The notes under the pieces were generated by a model. It ran no database searches. It worked only from the letters and a program-made list of their open reading frames with translations, and was not told the DNA's origin. Source: Syntrophales bacterium (GTDB lineage: Bacteria; Desulfobacterota; Syntrophia; Syntrophales; UBA6807). From it: a stretch of DNA of 12,707 bases. Of this stretch, positions 1-7,646 are shown one piece after another (within the stretch, counting starts at the first letter, position 1; the number at the start of each line of letters is the position of its first letter). The DNA is taken from contig JAXGPA010000008.1 of assembly GCA_040767195.1 (NCBI GenBank), forward strand, positions 1 to 12,707. Reading direction: 5' to 3'. The position numbers were made by a program, and so were the translations under genes.

Positions 1-2
1 CC

Positions 3-1310
3 ACGGGCGGGTTGTATTCGACCCCCTCGGACATGGCGCGCCTTGCCAGGATGCTGATGAGCGGCGGCGCCGTCAATAAAACCCGCATCCTTTCCGCCGC
101 ATCGGTGGCCGAAATGGGCACGGATCAGAGTATCGGAACGTTCGATCCCCTGCAGAGCAACTTCGTGAGTTTCGGGCTGGGGTGGGATTCGGTAAGCCAT
201 CCCGGAATGAAGGCCGTCGGCCTCAAGGGGTGGTACAAAAACGGTGGCACCCTGGCCTATTCCTCGGAATTTCTCGTGCTGCCGGAAGAACGGCTGGCCG
301 TGATGGTGTGCACAGACCACGACGGCGGTTCAAAGTCCCTCGAAGTGGCAGAAAAAATTCTCTTACGGGCCCTGGTGGAACGGGGGACCCTCTCCGCCAT
401 GCCGGCTCCCCTGGCCCCGACACTCCTGCCGGAGATCCTGGTACCGCCAGGCGACGTGGACAGTTTCAGCGGCCTCTATGCGGCCAACATGGCGCTCTAT
501 CGCGCCCGTTTCTCCCCGGACCGTTCCCTTTTCATCGATACCTTTTCCGGGGATGAGTGGAACCCGAAATACACGGATCTCAAGCTTCGCCTCGACGGGT
601 GGTACACGGGCGACGGGGACCCCACTTTGTCGATCGCTCTTCTTTCCGCGGAAGGGAGGCGATACTTTGCCATCCGTGCCAAACACGGTTGCGGCCACTA
701 CCTGGTGGACCTGCTGAAGGGCCAGAAACTGGAAGCGAAACCGGAGGTAAAATCCCCGTGGGAGAACCGTGAGGGAGAAACCTACCTGATCTCAAACGGG
801 GACGTTCACGATCGGGCCCTCATGGGCCCCGGCGCGGACCCCCGGTTCACGCTGCAGGCCTTGCCTGAACTGCCCGGTTATCTTTTCACACGGGATCTCG
901 ACATCGTCGACGGGTCCGTTGATGCCGACCGGGCACTCATGTTTCTTCTGATTCCGCAAAACAATGGGCGCGACCTGGGCGACATTTCCGTCATCCCCAG
1001 GGGCGGGGAAGAATGGCTTCGCTCACGGAGCGTTCTGTACCGTCCGCTCACCGGTGTGGCAACCCTTCCGGCGGGTCGGTCGTCGGTCACCGTGGGCCTG
1101 GAAGGGTACGCCGAATGGCGGATACTGCCGTCCTCGGGTTCTGTTTCCATCCACAATGCCGCGGCCTGGAGGCTGTATGACGGCGATTTCAAAAAGACGG
1201 CCTCGGGTGCGGGAGAAGGCGGCGCCGCGCTGCCCGGCTCCGGTACGGCCGCCTACCTGCTGCTCTTCGGCGCCCCGGGGTCGACAATCGATCTGGACCT
1301 GGTCCCGTAG
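3..1310 (+). CDS. Serine hydrolase, beta-lactamase class C / PBP-like family, 5'-truncated by the window edge, with ~300-aa C-terminal extension
   Basis: The frame is open from position 3 (TGGLYSTPSDMARLARMLM), matching the family's 'GGLYSTxxDLARF' segment. It is followed by FGLGW and WYKNGGT...VLPEERLAVMV (motif III region and following strands). The catalytic SxxK lies outside the window. Stop TAG at 1308-1310. Confidence 0.85.
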   Translation, partial: TGGLYSTPSDMARLARMLMSGGAVNKTRILSAASVAEMGTDQSIGTFDPLQSNFVSFGLGWDSVSHPGMKAVGLKGWYKNGGTLAYSSEFLVLPEERLAVMVCTDHDGGSKSLEVAEKILLRALVERGTLSAMPAPLAPTLLPEILVPPGDVDSFSGLYAANMALYRARFSPDRSLFIDTFSGDEWNPKYTDLKLRLDGWYTGDGDPTLSIALLSAEGRRYFAIRAKHGCGHYLVDLLKGQKLEAKPEVKSPWENREGETYLISNGDVHDRALMGPGADPRFTLQALPELPGYLFTRDLDIVDGSVDADRALMFLLIPQNNGRDLGDISVIPRGGEEWLRSRSVLYRPLTGVATLPAGRSSVTVGLEGYAEWRILPSSGSVSIHNAAAWRLYDGDFKKTASGAGEGGAALPGSGTAAYLLLFGAPGSTIDLDLVP

Positions 1311-1370
1311 ATGGCCCATGGCCCCTGATGGATGGAGGGCAGGAAACGCCTTGTTCGGGCCCTGGAAACT

Positions 1371-1388
1371 AAAAAAGGATTTGCTCCT
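1371..1388 (-). terminator. Possible weak intrinsic terminator of the PAS-LuxR gene
   Basis: Minus strand reads AGGA-GCAAA-TCCT-TTTTT, 6 nt after the stop codon, between convergent genes. The stem is only 4 bp. Confidence 0.3.
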
Positions 1389-1394
1389 GTTATT

Positions 1395-3920
1395 TTAACT
1401 GTCCAGCGTGCTCAAGCGAACCCTCAGGTTGATTTTCCTGTTGTGGATGCCGAGTTTCTTCCGGATATTGGCCCGATGACAATCCACCGTCCTGGTGGAA
1501 AGGTTCATGAGCTCGGCGATGGTTTTCGTGGAATGCCCCTGCCTGACCAGGTTGGACACCTGGATTTCCTGTGGCGTAAGGCGTTTATCCATTCTTTTCA
1601 TAATGTTAATATAAGGGGACACGACGGTCTCGAGGTTTTTCCCGATAACCTCGAGACACATCCTCTGCCCGTCGTCCGGCAAAAGAAGCCGCAACTTCTG
1701 CACCTGGGGAAGAACGAATTCCCGGACATTGTTGAGAACCGCTTCCTGCATCTCCCGGGTGTCCTTCTCCCGCTGGGCCAGAATTACCCTGAGGGCGACA
1801 TTGGCCTCCTCGAGGTAACGGGTTTTCTGCCTCAGTTCCCGTTCCCTGTCCCGCAGTTCCGCTGTCCTCTTTTCCACAACTTTCTCCAGGTTGTCCTTGT
1901 AGGCCTCAAGCTCCTGCTCAACCCTTTTCCTCGCAGTGATGTCCTCGACCCTCCCTTCGTAAAAGGCGGTCGTACCGTCCGGACCTTTTACCGCCCTGGT
2001 ATTGGCGGACACCCAGAAGACTGAGCCATCCTTACGCCTGGCGGGAAACTCAAAATTTATTGCAAGGCCTTCTTTTTCCAAAAGGTCCAGGTGCCTCACC
2101 CGGTCCTCAGGGTCCGCGTAGAAATCCGTCACCGAAGTGCCGGCGTCCTCCAACATCTCTTTCGCCGACCCGTAACCGACCATCCGGGCGAGAGCGGCGT
2201 TGGCGCTGATGAACGTGCCGTCCGGTGTCGTCTGGAAGATTCCTTCCACGGCATGTTCGACGATATTCCGGTACCGCGCTTCACTTTCCACCAGGGCCTC
2301 CTCCGCCCGAACCTGCTCGGTAATGTCCCGATGCACGGAAATTACGCCGGTCACAACGCCGTCCCGGTCACGAATCGTCACCCCGTTGTTGTCCACCCAG
2401 AAATAACGGCCGTCCCGGTGACGGACCCGGTATCTCGTGATCATTTTTTCACCTTCCCGCATCCTTTGCACGACCTCGGAAAGCCCCTCCCGGTCATCGG
2501 GATGAACGTGCTCCATGCAGTCCCGGCCCACCAGGTCCTCGGGCCTGTATCCCGAGATGGATTCGCAGGAAGGGGTCACAAACCGGAAAATCCCCTGAAG
2601 GTCTGCGACGAATATCATGTCGTTCATGGTCGAAAGGATGATGCTCAACTTTTCCTCTTTCTCCCGAAGGGCCTCTTCAGTCTCCCTTTTCAGGGAGATA
2701 TCCTCCAGGAAACCATATACCCGGAAGATCTTTCCATCCTCGTCCCGGTCGAAACGGTAACAGTCGCGGACCCATTTTTCCACTCCCCGGCGGTCCAGGA
2801 TCCGGTAGACCCGTTCACCGGCGGACGCCCCTTGAACGTCGCTCGTGAACGTCCCCAGGAGTTCTTCACGGTCCTGCGGGTGCATCATGTCGTGAACAAG
2901 GGACGGATCCCTTGCGAACTCCTCTTCCGTGTACCCTGTCAGTGTCTCGACCCATCCGCCGACGAAGAGTTCCCGGGCGGGATACCCCGGCAGGTATGAA
3001 TACGTGACGACGGGCAGGTTTTCGAGGAGGAGGCGACACCTCTCCTCGCTTCTCCGCAGGGATTCCTCCACGGCCTTGCGTTCCGATATGTCTTTCACGA
3101 TGCCTTCGAAGAAGGAAACACGGCCCTCCCCGTCCCGGACGACACGAACGCTGTTCAAAACCCACCTGCTCCTGCCGTCCCGGCATCTGATCTGTATTTC
3201 CATCTCCCCGTGGCCCTTCTCGAGGACCTTGCGGATCGACGCATCCCGGTCCGCGGAATCCACGTAGACTTGTTTTCCGATATGGAGGACCGATTCCATG
3301 AGTTCCCCCGGTGAATCGTAGCCGAGCATCCGGGCGAATGCCTCATTCGCCATGATGTATCGCCCTTCGGGGATGCTTCGGTAAACGCCCTCCTTTGTCC
3401 TTTCGACGATGTTTCGAAACGCCTCCTCCACTTTCCTCGTCTGTTGCCGCAGCATTACCTCGTCCGTCACGTCGAGCATGAGACCGTCCCAGAGGATGTC
3501 TCCGTTCTTCAATTTTCGGGGCCGGGAGGCCCCCCTGTACCAGGCCGTTTTTCCACCAATGACAAGCCTGCCTTCCCAGCGCCAGTCCGAAAAGCCGCGG
3601 GCGGACTCCTCTATGCTGGAATACATTCCGGGCAGATCCTCCGGATGGACCAGGTCGAAAATCCGGCCGGTTTCATCCATGACCTCCCGGGGATCCAGCC
3701 CCATGGCCCGGACGCTGTCACTGACAAAAGGACACCCGTAGGACCCGTCTTTTTTCCTGAGAAACTGGTAGAGTATCCCCGGCACATTCTCGGCGATCCG
3801 GTTCAACTGTTTCAGCGTTTCGCTATGCTTCCCGTCGAAACCGGCAGGCAGGGAAACCCTTTCCTTAACACGATTTCCATCGCGGGCTCTGCGGGGAGGC
3901 GTCCCTTTCCGTATGCTCAT
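1395..3920 (-). CDS. Multi-PAS (five PAS/PAC) LuxR-family one-component transcriptional regulator, 841 aa
   Basis: Five repeats end in PAC motifs: GLMLDVT, GIVKDISERK, GFLEDISLKR, SVHRDITEQ, GRVEDITARK. VHPED/MHPQD/VHPDD motifs are present. A coiled coil (LEKVVEKRTAEL...LEEANVALRV) precedes a C-terminal LuxR HTH (LTPQEIQVSNLVRQGHSTKTIAELMNLSTRTVDCHRANIRKKLGI). SD-like AAAGGA lies 8 nt upstream of the ATG. Confidence 0.93.
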   Translation of the reverse strand: MSIRKGTPPRRARDGNRVKERVSLPAGFDGKHSETLKQLNRIAENVPGILYQFLRKKDGSYGCPFVSDSVRAMGLDPREVMDETGRIFDLVHPEDLPGMYSSIEESARGFSDWRWEGRLVIGGKTAWYRGASRPRKLKNGDILWDGLMLDVTDEVMLRQQTRKVEEAFRNIVERTKEGVYRSIPEGRYIMANEAFARMLGYDSPGELMESVLHIGKQVYVDSADRDASIRKVLEKGHGEMEIQIRCRDGRSRWVLNSVRVVRDGEGRVSFFEGIVKDISERKAVEESLRRSEERCRLLLENLPVVTYSYLPGYPARELFVGGWVETLTGYTEEEFARDPSLVHDMMHPQDREELLGTFTSDVQGASAGERVYRILDRRGVEKWVRDCYRFDRDEDGKIFRVYGFLEDISLKRETEEALREKEEKLSIILSTMNDMIFVADLQGIFRFVTPSCESISGYRPEDLVGRDCMEHVHPDDREGLSEVVQRMREGEKMITRYRVRHRDGRYFWVDNNGVTIRDRDGVVTGVISVHRDITEQVRAEEALVESEARYRNIVEHAVEGIFQTTPDGTFISANAALARMVGYGSAKEMLEDAGTSVTDFYADPEDRVRHLDLLEKEGLAINFEFPARRKDGSVFWVSANTRAVKGPDGTTAFYEGRVEDITARKRVEQELEAYKDNLEKVVEKRTAELRDRERELRQKTRYLEEANVALRVILAQREKDTREMQEAVLNNVREFVLPQVQKLRLLLPDDGQRMCLEVIGKNLETVVSPYINIMKRMDKRLTPQEIQVSNLVRQGHSTKTIAELMNLSTRTVDCHRANIRKKLGIHNRKINLRVRLSTLDS

Positions 3921-3965
3921 GTCCGTTTTCCTTTCTGTAATGAAAGGGATGAAGAGGAACTCTTC

Positions 3966-5318
3966 TTATCGGTAAAAATCGGAGAGAATCTCGCCCAGGG
4001 TGGGATGGGGCAGGACCCAGGCCCCCAGGTCTTTTTTTGCCATCCTTTTCGTGACAGGAAGCGAGACCGACCCGATCAGCTCCGCCGCCGACGCCCCGAC
4101 CACCGTAACCCCGGCGAGGCGATTTTCGTGAAACAGGGCCTTGACGAACCCCGGCCCGAGAAGTTCCGTCCGGGCAGTCAGGTTTGCCCCGTATTCGACC
4201 CTTTGAACGGAAAGGGACAGGCCCCGCCGCCGGGCTTCCCCCTCGGTGATCCCCACCCTTCCAAAGCCGGGGTGGGTGTAGACCGCGATGGGTACATCCC
4301 CGTCGCGATGGGGCGGGAAGCTCTCGCCAAAGAGCGTCGCCGCCAGGGCCCTCCCCTGGGCCATGGCCCGGTGGGCCAGGAGAAGCCCCCCGGTGATGTC
4401 CCCGATGGCATGGATACCAGGAACGGAGGTTTCGAACTTCTCGTCTATGTGAATCCCCCCGTCATCGTGGGCGATGGAAAGCCTCTCCAGTTCAGCCTTT
4501 CGAAGATTTGGGCTGCGACCGGTCGCCAGAAGAACCAGGTCGCCTTCCAGGATGACCTGTCCGGTTGCCGTTGCCGCCGTCAGCCGAACCCCCGCCGGTG
4601 TTTCTTCTATCGTGTCGACGCGGGCGGACGTGTGAAAACGGATTCCTTTTTTCTTCAGTTCCCCTTCCAGGAAACGGGCGGCGTCGGAATCCTCCCCGGG
4701 CAGGATCTGGTCCAGAAGTTCCACCACCGTGACGGTCTTTCCCAGTTCGGCCAGAAACGTGGCGAACTCCAGCCCGATGGCACCGCCGCCCACGACTATG
4801 GCTTTTTCCGGAAGTTCCTTCCGCGCCAGGAAGCCTGTTGACGTGACCACGCGGTCCGAGAGGTTCCAGCCGGCCGGCCGGGTCGACCGGGAGCCCCAGG
4901 CAATGACGATCCGTCCGCACGATACGGTCTCCGTCCCGGCACCGGGCCGTTCGATGGCCGCTTCCCGCGGCGATTTCAGAATCGCCTCTCCCTCCAGGAC
5001 GTCGACACCGGCTTCGGTGAGGCTTTTTTCGTACCCAGGGCGGAAACCCGGACCATCTGCTCCATGTGTTTCCGCAGGGCAGGAAAATCGAATCCGACCT
5101 CCCCGAAAGAAATCCCCAGACGGCCGATTTTTTTTGTTTCGTCATACCGTTTGCTTCCGGCAAGCAGCGCCTTCGTGGGAATGCATCCCCGATGGGTGCA
5201 TGTTCCCCCCACCCCGACTTTTCGGCGAGAGTCACCGACGCGCCCCGCCGGGCCGCCTCGACGGCGGCGGCGAAACCGCCGGGACCGGAACCGATGACCA
5301 GGAGGTCTGTCTTTTCAT
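3966..5318 (-). pseudogene. lpdA: Dihydrolipoamide dehydrogenase (glycine cleavage L protein), frameshifted as assembled; may be intact in vivo
   Basis: Motifs are spread over three frames: FAD-binding DLLVIGSGPGG...AEKSGW; redox loop GGTCTHRGCIPTK; then LTEAGVDVLEGEA...IAWGS, NAD-binding VVGGGAIGLEFA, LATGRSPN, TSVPGIHAIGD and the catalytic HPTLGE. The ATG at 5318 overlaps the lipA stop (ATGA). Adding one base each at A4 (5312-5315), G6 (5205-5210) and A6 (5024-5029) gives a 451-aa ORF. Confidence 0.88.
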
Positions 5319-6187
5319 GGGCCCTTCCCCGCATCCCCGGCCATGTCGGCGGCCCGGTAGGAACTCCGCACCAGGGGACCGGCCTGCACGTGACGGAGTC
5401 CTTTCTCGAGGGCCCGGTCCCCGAGGCGGGCAAACGCGTCGGGATGGTAGTATTTCCGGACCGGCCAGTGTTTCCGGGAAGGCTGCTGGTACTGGCCGAT
5501 AGTGAGCCTGTCGCATCCCGCCGCGGCGAGATCGTCGAAGAGAGCCTCCAGTTCTTCCTCCCGCTCTCCCAGGCCGACCATGATTCCCGATTTCGTCACG
5601 AGTCCGTATTTTTTTTTCATGGTTTCAAGAAGATCCAGCGATCTCCGGTAATCGCCTCCCGGGCGCACCGAGGGAAAAAGGGATTGGACAACCTCGAGAT
5701 TGTGGTTCACCACGTCGGGAAACGCCCGGGCGACAGTTTCCATGGCCCGGGGGCTTCCCTGAAAATCAGGAATGAGGACCTCCACGGGCCGGGCGGGATC
5801 CTGCCGGCGAAGGGACGCAATCGTCCGGGCGAAATGAGCGGCGCCGCCGTCTTCCAGGTCATCCCGGGTCACCGAGGTGACAACCACGTAGCGCAGCCCG
5901 AGTTTCCGGGCCGCCTCCGCGACCCGCTCCGGTTCCGTCTCTTCCGGCGGGGGGGGATCGCCGTGCTTGACGTTGCAGTAACGGCAGTTCCGGGAGCAGA
6001 CGTCCCCCAGGAGAAGGAACGTGGCTGTCCCCGACTGGAAACACTCCGCCCGGTTGGGGCAGAGGGCTTCTTCGCAGACCGTGGAGAGGCCGGCCGTCCT
6101 GAGGAGCCTTCGAACATCCCGGTATGTTTCCTCACGGGGCAGCCGCACCTTCAGCCACGAAGGCTTCCGCATGGGGGACCGGGTCAT
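5315..6187 (-). CDS. lipA: Lipoyl synthase (radical SAM)
   Basis: RKPSWLKV; CEEALCPNRAEC (CX4CX5C auxiliary cluster); CSRNCRYC (CX3CX2C); VTSVTRDDL; TKSGIMVGLGE; C-terminal RSSY. Start placed at ATG 6187 (ATGA overlap with the gcvPB stop, GGAAGG upstream). Confidence 0.97.
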   Translation of the reverse strand: MTRSPMRKPSWLKVRLPREETYRDVRRLLRTAGLSTVCEEALCPNRAECFQSGTATFLLLGDVCSRNCRYCNVKHGDPPPPEETEPERVAEAARKLGLRYVVVTSVTRDDLEDGGAAHFARTIASLRRQDPARPVEVLIPDFQGSPRAMETVARAFPDVVNHNLEVVQSLFPSVRPGGDYRRSLDLLETMKKKYGLVTKSGIMVGLGEREEELEALFDDLAAAGCDRLTIGQYQQPSRKHWPVRKYYHPDAFARLGDRALEKGLRHVQAGPLVRSSYRAADMAGDAGKGP

Positions 6188-7635
6188 GTTTCCTTCCGAC
6201 GGCGCCACGCCACATCGGGCTGACGGGCGGCCCGCACCTCGTCGAGACGCCCGACGGCCGTCCCGTGGGGAGCCGATTTGATCTGCCCCGGGTCTTCCCG
6301 GGCCTCCCGGGCGATGGCGATCATGGCATCACAGAAGGCGTCGAGGGTCTCCTTGCTTTCCGTTTCCGTTGGTTCGATCATCATCGCCTCGGGCACAATG
6401 AGAGGGAAATAGACCGTGGGGGGGTGAAAACCGAAATCCATGAGACGCTTGGCCATGTCCGTCGTGTGGACGTCCCCTTCCCGGACCTGCCGCCGGCCGG
6501 AAAAAACGCACTCGTGCATGCACACCCGGTCGAAAGGCAGATCGAAGTGAGGTTTCAGTCTTTCCTTGATATAATTGGCGTTCAGAACGGCGATTTCACT
6601 GGTCCGCCGAAGTCCGGCGGCGCCGAGGCTCCGGATGTAGGCGTAGGCCTTTACCATGACGTTGAAATTCCCGCAGAAGGCCCGGACCCGGCCGATGGAA
6701 TCGGGGAAGTCCTCGGAAAAACGGAAGTGCCCATCCTTCCCGGTAACCCGCGGAACGGGCAGGAACGGGACAAGAGCCTCTCCTACCCCGACGGGACCGC
6801 TTCCCGGTCCCCCCGCGCCGTGGGGCGTTGAAAAGGTCTTGTGCAGATTGAGCTGAATCACGTCAAAGCCCAGGTCACCGGGCCTCACTTTACCCAGGAA
6901 GGCGTTGGCGTTGGCCCCATCCCCGTAAAGGAGGGCGCCGCAGCGGTGGACCCGCTCCGCCACTTCCACCACGTTCCGCTCGAAAAGCCCCAGGGTGTTG
7001 GGGTTGGTGAGCATGAGCCCGGCCACGTCCCCTCCCAGAAGGGCCTCGAGCCTCTCGAGATCCACGTTCCCGTCCCTGTCCGACGGGACGGTGACCACTT
7101 GAAAACCGCACAGGGCCCCCGACGCGGGGTTGGTGCCGTGGGCGCTGTCGGGGATGAGGATCCTGGTTCTCTTTTCCCCTTTTTTCTCGAAATACTTCCG
7201 GATCATCATGACGCCGGTCAGTTCGCCGTGGGCCCCCGCGGCGGGCTGGAGGGAGAAGGCGGCCATGCCGAACACCTCGCAGAGAGACAGCTCCAGTTCG
7301 TGAAGCAGCCGCAGGTTCCCCTGGGCAAACGACGGGGGGGCTCCCGGGTGAACGGCCGTGAAGCCCGGCAGGGCGGCCATGTCCTCGTGGATCTTGGGGT
7401 TGTACTTCATGGTGCAAGACCCGAGGGGATAAAATCCGAGGTCGACACCAAAGTTCCGCCGGGAAAGATGGGTGTAGTGGCGAACCACGTCGATTTCCGA
7501 GAGTTCCGGAAGTTCCGTGTCTTCCCGGAGAAGATCCGGGGGAATCAGCTCCGCCAGGGGGGTTTCAGGGACATCGCAGGGCGGTATCTGGAAGGCCCGG
7601 CGTCCGGGGCGGCTTTTTTCAAAGAGAAGTTCCAC
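6184..7635 (-). CDS. gcvPB: Glycine dehydrogenase (decarboxylating) subunit 2, P-protein beta chain
   Basis: LLFEKSRPGRR; FYPLGSCTMKYNP; QPAAGAHGELTG; PDSAHGTNPAS; PLP-lysine motif LNLHKTFSTPHGAGGPG; EPTETESKETLD. Start placed at GTG 7635, with AAGGAGG (7642-7648) 6 nt upstream. Confidence 0.97.
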   Translation of the reverse strand: MELLFEKSRPGRRAFQIPPCDVPETPLAELIPPDLLREDTELPELSEIDVVRHYTHLSRRNFGVDLGFYPLGSCTMKYNPKIHEDMAALPGFTAVHPGAPPSFAQGNLRLLHELELSLCEVFGMAAFSLQPAAGAHGELTGVMMIRKYFEKKGEKRTRILIPDSAHGTNPASGALCGFQVVTVPSDRDGNVDLERLEALLGGDVAGLMLTNPNTLGLFERNVVEVAERVHRCGALLYGDGANANAFLGKVRPGDLGFDVIQLNLHKTFSTPHGAGGPGSGPVGVGEALVPFLPVPRVTGKDGHFRFSEDFPDSIGRVRAFCGNFNVMVKAYAYIRSLGAAGLRRTSEIAVLNANYIKERLKPHFDLPFDRVCMHECVFSGRRQVREGDVHTTDMAKRLMDFGFHPPTVYFPLIVPEAMMIEPTETESKETLDAFCDAMIAIAREAREDPGQIKSAPHGTAVGRLDEVRAARQPDVAWRRRKET

Positions 7636-7646
7636 GTCGTCCCTCC

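Noticed and set aside
1311..1324. Tandem 7-mer ATGGCCC x2 right after the hydrolase stop
   Set aside because: Only two copies and no other sign of an insertion footprint; compatible with chance.
5023..5030. AAAAAAG as a programmed -1 ribosomal frameshift site in lpdA
   Set aside because: In the incoming frame it reads G AAA AAA GCC, not A AAA AAG. Two or three successive recoding events would also be needed to make the protein.
4492..5433. 313-aa minus ORF and 78-aa ORF 4976-5212 as independent genes
   Set aside because: Each carries only a short piece of true LpdA sequence (GxGxxG and CxxxxC respectively). They are fragments of the frameshifted lpdA.
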